This document shows, piece after piece, positions 13,778-26,148 of a DNA stretch of 64,000 nt. Each line of letters begins with the position of its first letter. The first letter of the stretch is position 1. The notes below the pieces were generated by a model, which was given only the letters and a program-made list of their open reading frames with translations, was not told the origin of the DNA and did not search any database. The stretch covers positions 2,944,123 through 3,008,122 of the forward strand of contig MU053557.1 of NCBI GenBank assembly GCA_013239625.1, in the 5' to 3' direction. Both the position numbers and the translations under genes were made by a program. This DNA is from Lama guanicoe (taxonomy: Eukaryota).

Positions 13778-14500
13778 TTAATAATAACTACCAAGTATTG
13801 AGTCCTCGGTATACCAGGCACCATTCTGGCTGTTTTACAAGAATTGCCTTATTTAATTCCTACAACCACCTCCAAGAGGGGACTCATTATTAAGCTGCCA
13901 GGGTTCTCCAGAGAAACAGAACCAATAGGATATATAGAGGTACAGGTAAGAGGAGATTTATTAGACGGATCAGCTCACATGATTATAGAGGCTGAGAAGT
14001 CCCACAACCTGCTGTTTGCAGGGTGGGGACCCAGGAGAGCGGGTGGTGTAATTCAGGTGAGAATCAGGGCACCCACTGGGTAAGTTATCAGTATGAAGCT
14101 GAAAGCCCCAGAACCAGGGGCAATGATGTCTGAGGGTACGTTAGGAGAAGACAGATGTCTCAACTCAAGCAGAGAAAGCAAACTGGCCCTTCCTCTGCCT
14201 TTTCATTCTGTTCAGGCTCTCAGCCTAACAGACTGGACAATGCCTGCCCCACTGGGAAGTGTGGTCTCCTTTTCTTACTTCGCTGGTTCCAGTGCTACTC
14301 TCTTCCACAGCCGCCCTCATAGACACACTCAGAAACCATGTTTACCAGCAGCCTGAGCTTCCTCTTAGCCCAGTCAAGGTGTTATAAAATGAACCATCAC
14401 ATAAGCCTACTTTGCGATGAGGAAGCAGGCACCAAGGGGTGAAGTGACTTGACCAGATCACACAAAAAGTAGCTGCTAGTCTTGATTCTAAGACCAGGAG
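13778..14500 (-). mobile_element. MIR split by an MLT2 LTR
   Basis: MIR tail at 13778-13885 ('ttatttaattcctacaaccacc'). Core resumes at 14402 ('tttgcgatgaggaagcaggcacc...gaagtgacttgaccagatcacac'). Confidence 0.7.
13886..14401 (-). mobile_element. ERVL solo LTR, MLT2B-like
   Basis: 'cagggttctccagagaaacagaaccaatagga', 'gaggctgagaagtcccacaacctgc'; terminus 'gcccagtcaagg...aaaatgaaccatcaca'. Confidence 0.85.
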
Positions 14501-15342
14501 GCTTAACTGACTGCTCTAGTATCTCTTGCAAGAGTTTGTTTCAACCCTGGAGAAAGCAGAAGCACCTATTTTCCTGGGAAATACTTTGGTCTTGATTGGT
14601 GCCCCACATCCACCCATGACAGCTTGTAATGAGACCCAGACTGGAATCCCAGGTCTGTCCTAAGGAACAGTGACAAAGATCACTGCAACTGATTCAACAG
14701 AGATAATAGTAGCCACTATAATTTAGTGGACAAACACTGTATGTCAGCAACTAATCTCAGCCCTTGAAAATGAACACAATTCCCCACAGAAACCGTTGCT
14801 CTGACGTCTGAGGAGCCTGCCCTTGTGTCTAACCCTGCATTTACCACCTGAGGGATTTTCATTAAAGAAGGCATTAAGGCTCTCTTCCTTCCTCTTCCCC
14901 TCATTTTCCTCACTTTAAAAATAAAATCTTCCATTAGAAATGAAAAGGGCACAGTGAACATTTATACAGTACATAGAAGGTGGCAGGCCTCATTTAATAT
15001 TAGCCTATTATTATAATATATAGGCTATTAGCCTATATAGTCGCCTAACCCTTCTCTACAATATCAAGAAACTGAGTCTCGGAGAGACGTGGATACACTA
15101 CCCGTGGCCCCGAGACCGACGGTCAGAGTGTGCACTTCAGGTCAGTTTCCCTTCAGAGCCAGAGCTCCCTCCACCTGACCAGTGACTCTCAGAACCTGGG
15201 CAACTTGTTTGCACTCCAGGGTCTTTGCCACCATCCTCCGACTGTCACAGGGCCAGCTCGTGTGCCACCTCATGCCCCAGGTCCCCTCTCCTCTGTCCCG
15301 CATAAGGGAGCACGTCTGTCATCAGTGACTGCAGAGAACCCT

Positions 15343-15730
15343 CCTATCCTGGTTGGCTTGGGCTGCCGTTACAAATTACCAGAGACTGAGCAGCTTGGCA
15401 ACAGAAATGTATTCTTTGTAGTTCTGGAGGCTAGAAGTCCACGATCCAGATGCCAGCATGGGTAGACTCTGGTGAGGGCTCTCTTTGTGGCTTGTAGACA
15501 GCCGCCTCCTTGCTGTGTCCTCACATGGAGGGGAGAGAGAGGGTGTGCAGGCTCACTGGTGTCTCTTCTTACATAAGGACACTAATCCTACCACAAGGGT
15601 CTCATCTTCATGGCTGACTCTAAATCTAATTACCTCCCAAAGGCCCCACCTCCAAATCCATCACACTGGGAGTTAGGGCTTCAACTTCTGCAATTTGGGG
15701 GGAGGGGAGGACATAATTCAGTCCACGGCA
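15343..15730 (-). mobile_element. MaLR solo LTR, MLT1A/MLT1A0-like
   Basis: 'gttctggaggctagaagtcc', 'ctaattacctcccaaaggccccacctccaaat', terminus 'acataattcagtccacggca'. Confidence 0.85.
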
Positions 15731-16219
15731 CCTTCCTGATTAATAGCAATAGTCCTTTAAAAAAAAAAACTTGAAGATACTGGCTGAGGACTTGTCTGCT
15801 GGGCACTGTACCCAGAGGACTGTTTATTCACTTATTCATTATTTATAGTTGGTCTGCTTTCAAAAAAAAAAAAAGATGATGCCTCCTGAAAGTTTAAGGC
15901 TGTCAAAGGAAACACCACCAAGGACACATGGGTTCACAGGCTGCAGAAAACAGGGCCGTTCTCCTGGTGGTGGCTTTTGTTGCCTCCATTGTTACCATTA
16001 TCCACACAATTGTGGGCACCTGTCCCCAGAGTCCTAGCTCACCCCTCAGTCACTCTCTGGTCTCTGCCCCTCCCAGGTTTTCGCTGCTGGGTACAGCAAC
16101 TGAGTCATCAGTTGGCTCTGGCCTTCAAGTGCCTGAGCAGAAGGAAAAGGAGCGTCTTTTCAGCTCAAGTGATGAGCTGAAAAGTTCACAGCTCCATGTT
16201 CTTGAAATTTAAAAAAATA

Positions 16220-16405
16220 ATGTTGATGATAGCAACTAATTTTCACTAATTACTGTGCGCTAAGCATGATTTCACTTAGTCCTCACAGAAATCTGAAGAG
16301 ATAGGTACTGTTATACCCATTTCTGAAGAAGTGGAAACTGAGGCTTAGAGAGGCTAAGTATGTGACTCAAGGTTATCCAAAGCCAATAAATTGCAGACCC
16401 AGACA
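16220..16405 (-). mobile_element. MIR
   Basis: 'gataggtactgttatacccatttc...gaaactgaggcttagagaggctaagt'. Confidence 0.8.
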
Positions 16406-17329
16406 GTCATGCACTTCCCAGCCTTGCCCTCTGCTCAGATTGTTTTAACTTCCTGAAATGTTCCCTGCTATTGTATTCCTCTGACACCTTGGCTTAGAAA
16501 TAGTGTATCTCTTTGGCTAAATCTTCCATATCATTGAGGTGGGGTAGAGATCCAGGGGGTAAAGACGGTGTGTCAGTCACATGAAAAACCTCACCATCAC
16601 CAATCTAGAGAAATAACAGAAAAAAGAGATTCCCTGACCCAAGTCTCATTACTGACGGTATTAAGGCTGATTTCAAGAGACAACCACCGAGATTGCTGGG
16701 CAATTACAAATCCAATTTAATAAACTCTCCTTGAGTTTACTTGTCACATGCTGGCACTGGCTTCAGAACCTAAAAATAACCAAGCAATTGGTAAAGTAGG
16801 ATAAGCAGGCGACCTAAAATAAAGTCCAAAGGATGGAATTCAATCGTATTTTCTAAACATGGTTTGGTAAGAGATGTTTTCAAAACACCACTTCCCTGTT
16901 CCAAGTGTATTTGCCAAGTAAAATGTAAAATGGCACTCCAGCAAGCAATCATGTTTGGGGGGGGGAAGTGATGAGCCATTTCTCTGGCATTTGTACCCAA
17001 ACTTCTTTTATATAAACAATTCTCACCAAGTAGTCAATGCACACATTAAGATGAAGGAATTAAGGCGGAAGCTCCATCCTCTAAAGAAGACTGATCTGCT
17101 TGTCACTAGCAGATACTCATCCCCAGGATCTACTCCCAATATCCCCAACGCCCGGACTGGTCCAGCAGGTGCCTCCGGTGGGGCGTTTAGAAGACATCTC
17201 AACTGGTTCCAAGCTGAGGTTTGAAATATTCTATGCACCTTTATTGGTATCAAGCCACATACTTCACTCTTTAGGATTAGAAACAGGGCGAAATGATTAG
17301 TCGTTAAATGCACACGTTCTGAGGTTAGA

Positions 17330-17540
17330 TGGGCAGGGACGTAAATCTGGGCTCTGTGACCCTGATTCCAGCACCTCACCTCTCTACATCTTGGCCCCAT
17401 TTATAGAATGAAGATGATGAATGATAACCACTTCCTAGAGCTGTTATGAGGATTCTGTAAGGAAATGCATTTATATATCAATCGGCAATGCAACCAGATA
17501 GATAGTACAAACTGAATAAATAAAAACCAACACTATTACT
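17330..17540 (+). mobile_element. MIR (degenerate)
   Basis: 'tctgtgaccctg...ttcctagagctgttatgaggatt'. Confidence 0.5.
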
Positions 17541-17650
17541 GCTACCGCCACTATCACCATATTACTACTACCATTACTCCTCCTCCTCCTCCTCCACCTA
17601 CCCCTACCTCCACTACTGCTGTCACAACTATGTTGTCACTACAACTACCA
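17535..17650. repeat. Degenerate trinucleotide low-complexity tract (CTA/CCT/ACC)
   Basis: Direct reading; includes a pure (CCT)n run. Confidence 0.8.
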
Positions 17651-18869
17651 CATTTAAATAAATTAAAAAATGTCTTTTCCATCCTCCCTTTCTCTTGTGT
17701 TCTTTTGCTCCTTCCACTTATAACGGGGAATGAAATTGTTCCTTCTGCCAAATGAGTAGCTTGAGAATTGGAACATTAATTTGTTAAAACAGATGCATGT
17801 CAACGAGGCCCAGTATGGTCTGCTGACACATTTCATGAAAAACGAAGCATGGGTGACACATAATTCACATTTCAGCTCAGGTCCCAACTCCTTCCAAAAG
17901 CCTTTGGCTCACACTGAGGTCTCCCTTCTCTGAAATAGCCATCATCATATGCTCGAATTCTTTCATCCTTGTGAGACTTATCTCCCCAATTAGTAAGCTC
18001 CCTGCGGTCAGAGTTCAGTACAGTAAACATAGCAGGCACCCCCCAAATACTGATATATTAAGATGATACTAGATAAACTAAGATTCTGAATTAAAGGTAT
18101 TTGATTGCTCATGTAGCCTAGCGTCCAGGGTTAGGTCAAGTACAGCTGGATCCATGGGCTGGAGTCCAGTCTCTGCATCTCTCAGGTCTGCTTCCATCTC
18201 TGCTGTTTCCTTGGAGGCTCATCCCTCATATTGAAAGCACCATGCTCACACCCTCACAGCACCAAGTCCAGAGGAACAGAGGCTGCCTTTCTCCAGACAC
18301 TCCCACGGATATCCCAGGAGAAAGGGCTCTGCACTGGCCTGGCTTCCATCATACGACCTCCCTGGAGCTGCAGATGTGTGGTCAGCCCCATCCAACCACC
18401 TGAGCCAAGTGAAGAGGAGAAAAGGTTTCCCCAGAGAAATTCTGGAATAAGAGGAATGGACTTTGGATAGGGAAAAGCTTTTATAAAGATCTCACTTGTC
18501 TTTTGTAACTGCCTTGGCTCTAAACACAATTAAAATCCATTGTAGATATTCAATATAAATTTTGAGATTGATGTATTTTTATGCATTAGGCCTCCAAACT
18601 AGATCCTAATCTGTTCTTCCTTCTGCCTGATGGATACTTTGTGGCCAGATCCTAAAAGTGTGAAAATGATTCTCTTGAAATCAACATCCTTACAAAGCGG
18701 AGATTAATTCAGGGATGACAGGTGCACAAAGGACTGGTGTCACCCTCTCTCCAGAGAACACTGTCCCCTTTCCACATGACTTGGGCTGAAGTAAGCGTTG
18801 GTCTCCTGGACTCTGGCTTTACTTAGTCCACATATCTGCCATGGCACTTGCCACATGGTCTCTTTGTTC

Positions 18870-19420
18870 TTATGTGTATTGGTCAAGACTCGGTTTAAAT
18901 GATAGCAATCCTCTCAAAAAAGGCTTCAGAAAGAGGAAAGAAAAAGGATTATCAGCTCATAAAACTGAGGAGTCTAGGAGTAGTTCTCCTTTAGAAATGG
19001 TTTGATTCAAGGCTCATATGATGCCAACAGGATAGGGTTTTACTTTGTTTCTTGACCTCATTCTTAATATTTACTCCATTCTCAGTCCCACTGCTCACAA
19101 AATGGCTGTCACAGCTCCAGCCTTTGTGTCTTGTTCCCTTCTAATGGAAAGCGAAAGATGTTCTTCTCTCAAGATTCCCATGACAATGTCATTGCTTCTC
19201 GTGAGCATTAATTAGGGCTTATGCTCATTACTGAATCAGTCACTACCCGAAGCAATGGGGCACACGGACTGATGTGGATTTAGGTCACATGCTCCATGCC
19301 TTGGCTAGGTGTGGAATAAACACCAAGTCTAAAAATGGGGGAAGGATCATTTTCAAAGGAAATTTCAATTTGGGATCAGAAGAAAGCTGTATTCAGGAGC
19401 CATAGAAACAACACATGTGA
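18870..19420 (-). mobile_element. Old MaLR LTR (MLT1K/L-like)
   Basis: 'gctcataaaactgaggagtctagg', 'ttgattcaaggctcatatgatg', 'ctgaatcagtcact', 'ggtcacatgctcc'. Confidence 0.55.
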
Positions 19421-20702
19421 CACCTGGCTCTTCTTTTAGATTATGTATTCATTCTCTTGGCCACAAAGTCAGGGATAGTGAATGACACATACACTGATGG
19501 GGGAAGAAAAAAGTGCTGGCTACACCACATTAACATTTTCACAGTTCTTCGGACAATGCCGCCTTCCCCGGGAATGCGTATTTGAAATGGGATTTGAAAC
19601 GTGGGAACACAAAGTTACTCACCAGTTTGATTAGCTCTAGCCTGTGCCAACTCAGTTTTCCACAAGCATTAGCTGTTTACTCCCTTCCTTGAAATGTTTC
19701 TTGGTAAAAGCACCAGGGACAAAAATATTGCATGTCTTAATGAGGCTGAATTCTTACCTTTTGGCCCCTGGAATTACAAATTGGGCCCTGGAGTCATACT
19801 ACGAAAGATGACCCGTTTTGGAAAGAATTTTGAATTGCTGATGACGGAATCAGTTGGAAAACTGGTTGAGCAAAGTAGTTTATCTTACCTTCTGAGCAAC
19901 TCTACACCGTTGGCCCAGTGAGAGTTCAGTGATATTCTGATGGTCTCTCTCTGCCCAGGGGTTAATTACATGAGGAAAATAGAAACTAAACCAGCTTCAG
20001 TGTTGCTTTTTCTAAGCAGATGTCATTGGTACAATGCGGGGGCTCATTCTTTTCTCACTTTCCCTCAAGGACCAGGCTATCTGAGCACAAACATGGGAAC
20101 TGGAAAGGACAGACTCAGAGTCACTGACTTTCTTGTCCCCCTGTCGAAGCCACTTAACTCTCTTGGCCTTCACCACCCTTCCATTAACTACAAAGGAGAG
20201 ATGGTTCAGGGTCCTCTGATGAGGAAGAATAAATCAGTACCTGTAAATTCCTTCCAAGACAATTCTCATGAGCTCCACTTTTTTTTCCCCCTAAAGAGAA
20301 AACAGCCCATGTTCAGTATACTGTATAATGTTCAGCACACAAATCACTGTAAACTATCTTGAATGAATTCTACCTCATGAAGTTGGAAGCCAGGAGAAAG
20401 CACGTTATTGAAGATTCAACAAAGGTGTGTTTCAAAATTTAACATTTCTGGTGGATAAAATTATTTATATGATAAAAAAAACTCAACTCTAGAAACTCAG
20501 CCACAGGAACATCAAACTTTGATGAATTTTTACTTTAAGATGACTAGTAAATTATTATTAGTCACTAGATGGCTTGGTGATAGGGTCCTAAGCAGAGAAA
20601 ATATCTGTTTATATGATCACAGAAGAGAAACAGGTGGGGAGTGGGGAGGGTGGAATGATGCAGAAAAAGACCCAAAGGAAGTTACCAGCTGTTAATTTAT
20701 TC

Positions 20703-20948
20703 CTTTTTTTTCCTATTGTTTATTTATTTATTTACTTGTTTATTTTTGGATTTTTCCTTTTTTAAATTTTTAAAAATCTTTTTGTTGTTGCGGGGGAAGT
20801 AATTAGGTATGTGTATGTATGTATATATGTACGTATGTATGTATGTATGTATTTAATATACATATTTTTAAAGGGAGGTACTAGGGATTGAACCTAGGAC
20901 CTTGTGCATGCTAGGTATGCACTCTGCCACTAAGCTATACCCTCCCCC
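20703..20948 (-). mobile_element. Vic-1-like SINE with long tail containing (TATG)n
   Basis: Minus strand GGGGGAGGGTATAGCTTAGTGGCAGAGTGCATACCTAGCATGCACAAGGTCCTAGGTTCAATCCC. TSD taatttattc at 20693-20702 and 20949-20958. Confidence 0.92.
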
Positions 20949-21694
20949 TAATTTATTCTTTAGATTAATTCCATTAGACGCAGGACATCACTCTGTGCTA
21001 AAATATTGTGCCACTATAGCTTTTGGGAAGATTCAAACTTTGTAATCAAAGTTAAGGGGCAGAAGCTTGGACCAAACAACTGTAATTAATTTTTCAAGAG
21101 ATCTGAAGTTGATTTTTGACTTGATGTGGAGAATTTAGGAAAAGTAACAGGTACCACAAGATGTCCACCGAAACAGAAATTTCAAGATGCAACAGGAAAT
21201 AAAATAAGCATTTAAAAAAGTATCAGGTACTGAAAGTCGCTATTCACAAATATGCATCCATAGAAAAATGGAGACTAAAATCTGAATATAGTACACAAGA
21301 ATAATTTCACCATTTAAAACAGCATATATCCTAATTTTAAGAGTACTACATGCTCAAACGAATTTCAGAAAATTCTTTAACATTTTAAAGATGAAAATTG
21401 CCTAGTCTCATTATTTAGAAAGTTACTTTAAGTATTTTAGCACATTTCCTTCCATTCTTAAGTGCATTTCTTATCTTTAAAAAAACTTTTTTAAGTCTAA
21501 AAATAATTTATATTCATTAGGAAAAATTTGGAAATTAGAGAAATATAAAAAAGCTTTGAAAATATTTGTAAATCTTTCACCAATTAGTAACCATTGTTAA
21601 TATTTTAGAGATTTGTTTCCAGTTTTTTGATATATATTTTAATATACATTTCACATACAATTCTGCTGGGGTTTTTTTGTACTTAAAATTATAG

Positions 21695-22880
21695 CCATAC
21701 AACCTAAAACTCCACTCCTGAGTATTTATCCTAGAGAAATGAAACCTTATATTTATACAAAAACCTGTACCAAAGTCATCACAGCAGCTTTATTTGTAAT
21801 AGCCCAAAGCTGGATATAACCTCAATGTTCTTCACTGACTGAATGGGTAAACAAACTGTGGTATATTACATCACAGAATATTAATCAGCACTGAAAAGGA
21901 AGAACTATTTATATATGTAAAACTTGGATGAATTACAATAAAATTATGCTAAGTAAAATAAATTCAAATTCCACATCATGAAATACTACTTGGCCACAAA
22001 AAAGAATGAAATAATGTTATGTGCAGCAATATGGATGGACTTAGAGACTGTTATTCTAAGTGAAGTAAGTCAGGCAGAGAAAGACAAATACAGTATGAAA
22101 TCACTTATATGTGGAATCAAAAAAAATGACATAAGTGAACTTATTTACAAAACAGAAACAGACTCACAGACATAGAAAACAAAATTATGGTTACCAAAGG
22201 GGAAAGGGGGGAGGGATAATTAGGAGTCTGGGATTAGCAGAAACAAACTACTATATGTAAAATGGATAAACAACAAGGTCCTACTGTATAACACAGGAAA
22301 CTATACTCATTGTCTTACAATAACCTATAATGAAAAAGAATATAGAAGAGATTATATATATAACTGAATCACTATGCTGTACACCAGAAATTAACACAAC
22401 ATTGCAAATCAACTGTCTCAATAAAAAAATTGAAGTAAAAGTATTAAAGCCAATCTTAAAAGGTTACATATTGTATGTATTCATATAACATTCTTGAAAT
22501 GACAAAATGATAGTGATGGAAAACACATCAGTGATTATCAGGAGAAGTGGGCAAGCAGGTGCCTGTGCCTGCAAAAGGGTGGCATGAGGGATTCTTGTGA
22601 TGAAAATGCTCTGAACATGGACTACGGTGGTGGTTACATGAAGTACATATTACAACACTGCTTAGAACTGAACACACACATACACATGTGCATGTAAAAC
22701 TGGTAAAATCTGAATAAGGTCAGTGGATTGTGTCAATATCAGTTTCTTGGTTGTGATATTGGACTGCAGCTGTGCAGAACAGTGCCCTTGAGGGAACTGA
22801 GGAAAGGATGCACAGGATCTTGCTGTACTATTTCTTACAACTACATGTGAGCCTACCATGATCTTAAAATGAAGAGCTAA
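21695..22880 (+). mobile_element. L1MC-like 3' end, split by a younger L1
   Basis: 'ctccactcctgagtatttatcctagagaaatgaaa'; resumes at 'aagccaatcttaaaaggttacatattgtatg'; 3' UTR 'aaaatctgaataaggtcagtggattgt'. Confidence 0.85.
21972..22432 (+). mobile_element. Younger L1 3' end (ORF2 C-terminus plus 3' UTR) nested in the L1MC
   Basis: ORF 21978-22175 resembles the ORF2 C-terminus (YYLATKKNEIMLCAAIWMDLETVILSEVSQ); aataaa/A tail; possible short TSD aagtaaaa. Confidence 0.9.
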
Positions 22881-23329
22881 GACAAAACAAAACCAAACAA
22901 AATAGGGCATAAGCATTTTACAATGTAAACATAATTTTAGATAGGCAGACTCTGTAAATATAATTCTAATGCCTGTAAGATATCCTATTATAGAAACATT
23001 ATTTATCTAACCAGTTCTCTAATATCGGATATTTAACATCGAGCTGTGTAAACATTAACATATCACAAATAATAGTGCAAAGAAGATCTTTGTGCGTAAG
23101 ACTATCCCATTTCAGAGTCTTTCCTTAGAAAAATATTTCATAAAGTGAGTGCTGTAGGATATTAACAGTTGTAGTGCAAAAATAATATTCTATGGTTGAA
23201 TGTGTGTGGGAAGTAGTTTGGTTCAATCCAGGAATTCTCACAGTCTTTAATAAACATAAGTACATCGGAAATCACCCTGAGGTGGTAATATAATCGATGT
23301 TTTCAAAATGTATTTTCTCTGGAAAAATC

Positions 23330-23935
23330 TGTGACGGATTAAGGATGATTGCCAATTCTTTGACTCTACTGTCCCCAACTCCCTGAATCTGGGCGGGCTC
23401 TACGACTGCTTTGATTAGTAGAGTACAGTGGAAATGAGTCTGCACCAGTTTCTGGGCACAAACTGTAAGAAACTGGCAGAATCCACTTCCATTCTCTTGG
23501 AACACTCACTTTAGGGCAACCCAGCAGTCATGTAAGAGATCTCAATACCCTGAAACTGCCCTGCTAGCCCAAGCTAGCCATATGGAGAGGCCGTGTGAAA
23601 ACAGGGAGATGTTTAGCCAGCCCCAGATGTCCCAGCAGTACCAGCTCAGGCACTGAACATAAGAATAATGCCTCTTGAAAATTTTAGCCCCAGTAGAAGC
23701 AAGTGGAATAAAACCAAGGAAGCAAGCTAACAGCAAGAAACAAGACACTGCGGACTTCTGAGACATCTTCAGACATTTGAGAAACCAAGCTTTGAAGCCA
23801 TTATAGAGCAGAGATGAGCCATTTCCACTGTACTCTGCCCACACTCCCAAACCATAAAGTTATTATTAGCACAATAAAATGGTTATTTATACCACTGAAC
23901 ACAGGCTTGTTAGTTACATAGCAATAGATAATCAT
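23330..23935 (+). mobile_element. MaLR solo LTR, MLT1G/H-like
   Basis: 'cctgaatctgggcgggctctacgactgctttgatt', 'tctcttggaacactcact'; terminus 'gttacatagcaatagataatc'. Confidence 0.75.
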
Positions 23936-23994
23936 TAAACCTCTTCTTTTTACCCATAGACAGTGACAAACAGTGTTTAAGATCAATTGGCTTT

Positions 23995-24673
23995 ACACTA
24001 TGCAGAACAGTATGATAATTCTTTTAAAAACTAGAAATAGTTACTATACGATTCAGCAATCCCACTCCTGGGCATATATCTGGAGAAAACTCTAATTTGA
24101 CAAGATAAATGCACCCCAATGTTAATAGTAGCACTATTTACAATAGCCAAGACATGCAAGCAACCTAAATGTCCATCAACAGATGATTAGATAAAGAAGT
24201 TGTGACACATACACAATGGAATACTACTCAGGCATAAAAAGGAATGAAATAATGCCATTTGCAGCAACATGGATGGACCTAGAGATTATCATAGTAAGTA
24301 AAGTAAGCCAGAAAGAGGAAGACAAATACCATATGATATCACTTATATGTGGAATCTAAAAAGTGATACAAATGAACTTATTGACAAAACAAAAACAGAC
24401 TCACAGACATAGAAAACAAACTGTCAGTTACCTGGAGGGAAGGGAGGGGGGAATAAATTGGGAATTTGGGATTTGCACACACACACTACTATATATAAAA
24501 TAGATAAACAAGAAGGTCCTACTGTATAGCACAGGAAACTATATTCAATATCTTATAGTAGCCTATAATGAAAAAGAATATATGCGTGTGTGTGTGTGTG
24601 AGACTAAATCACCATGCTGTACACCAGGAACTAACAAAACATTGTCAATCGACTACTCTTCAATTAAAAAAAA
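23995..24673 (+). mobile_element. 5'-truncated L1
   Basis: ORF2 C-terminal and 3' UTR motifs, poly-A. TSD aagatcaattggcttt (23979-23994) / aagatcaatcggcttt (24674-24689). Confidence 0.95.
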
Positions 24674-24689
24674 AAGATCAATCGGCTTT

Positions 24690-24865
24690 GAAATCAGGGT
24701 GCCAAAATACTCTAATTTACTAATGATGTGACCTTGGGAAACTAAACTCTTTAAAACTGAGTTTTCTCATTGGTATACTAAAATGGGAGACTAAAATGAA
24801 ATTGTGCCAGTAAAGAGCTTAGTACCATGCCTAGCATGCAGGAAGTTCTAAGTGATAATTACATC
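24690..24865 (+). mobile_element. MIR
   Basis: 'tgtgaccttgggaaactaaactct...gagttttctcatt'. Confidence 0.6.
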
Positions 24866-25032
24866 ACCTATCACCGGTCAACCAGGGCGTTGTGGAACGG
24901 AAGTTATTGCATTAAAGACCACGTACATTTTTATTTTCTTAATAAAGATGATCAAATCGCTTTCTAGAAAGTATGCACCAGTTTACACTCATCTGTACAG
25001 TGTGAACGTGGAAAAAACTTTTTATTCTAGAG

Positions 25033-25254
25033 CAGGGCTTAACAAAGTTTTTCTGTATTGGGCCAGATGGTAAGTATTTCCGGCTTTGCGGGCTATGTGA
25101 CTTCTATCACAATTACTCAGCTCTGCTGTTTAAGCATGAAAGCAGCCATCGGCAATTTATACACAAATGGACATGGCTGTCTGCAATAAAGCTTTGTTTA
25201 TAGAAGTTGAGGTGGGCGGGATTTGGTCTGAAGGATTTCGCTTGCCAACCTCAG
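25033..25254 (+). mobile_element. hAT-Charlie MITE, MER58A-like
   Basis: 'cagggcttaacaaagtttttctgtattgggccagatggtaagtattt...actcagctctgctg...ttgccaacctcag'. Degenerate 8-bp TSD ttctagag / atctaaag. Confidence 0.8.
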
Positions 25255-25624
25255 ATCTAAAGATTGAACCCAGAAGGTTTCTACCCTGGGGATGTACTCA
25301 TAAGAGCGTTGAGTACATAAGAAATCCTGTGGGATCTTCTCTTTCAAGACAAACTGGCTACGTTTCTAGGCATATATGTGAACATGCATAGCAGGGAAGC
25401 TTTAATTTTTGCCACATTACTTCCTGCAAGATTAGCTACATCAGCTGCTTCTACAAATTTTAATTGGTAATGATCTATGCACAAGGCATGTATACTCTAG
25501 TACTTGGTTAAGTTTGCAATTAGGAAAGTCAGCTTTTTTCTTGAAGCAGAAGTGATTTGGCTTCCTTTTTAAGCATAAAGTAGATATTCAAAGTTAACTA
25601 AAGCAATAAGCATAATCACTAAAT

Positions 25625-25790
25625 ATAGACAGTAGGCTTTGACAGAAAAAGGCCTGGGTTAGCAAAGAAAAGGCCTGAGTTTTGATTCCAGTTTTAGCTT
25701 AACTAGCTGTGTGACTTTGGGGAAGTCATAACTGCAGCCTCAGGGTGTTATAAATTTATAAAATGAGACGAAATTGCTTTCTTGGCTGCC
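25625..25790 (+). mobile_element. MIR
   Basis: 'actagctgtgtgactttggggaagtc...gcctcag'. Confidence 0.65.
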
Positions 25791-25799
25791 TTATAACAT

Positions 25800-25924
25800 A
25801 TTTTATTTTGTTTATTTTTAATTCTTTCTTCTTCTTTTTTTTAATGGAGGTATTGGAGATTGAATCCAGGACCTTGTATACACTAAGCATGTACTCTACC
25901 ACTAAGCTATATCCTCCTCTCCCC
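25800..25924 (-). mobile_element. Vic-1-like SINE
   Basis: 'ggaggtattggagattgaatccaggaccttg...ctctaccactaagctatatcctcc'; short TSD ataacat. Confidence 0.85.
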
Positions 25925-25984
25925 ACATAACATTTTAAAATGTATAAAATGCCACATGAAATTTACAAGTCTCATATTTTATTA

Positions 25985-26148
25985 TAATGAACTATTTATG
26001 TGTCATCTCCCCAACTGGAATATAAGCTCCTTGGGGATAGGAGTGATGTCTTATGCATTTTAAAATCCCCATTTCTTGGCACAGTGCTTAGTGTATGCAG
26101 CAATCAATAAATGTTTGCAAAATAAATAACTAAATGAATAATGAATGC
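25985..26148 (+). mobile_element. L2 3' end
   Basis: 'ctggaatataagctccttggggataggag...ggcacagtgctta...caataaatgtttg...aatgaataatgaatg'. Confidence 0.75.
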
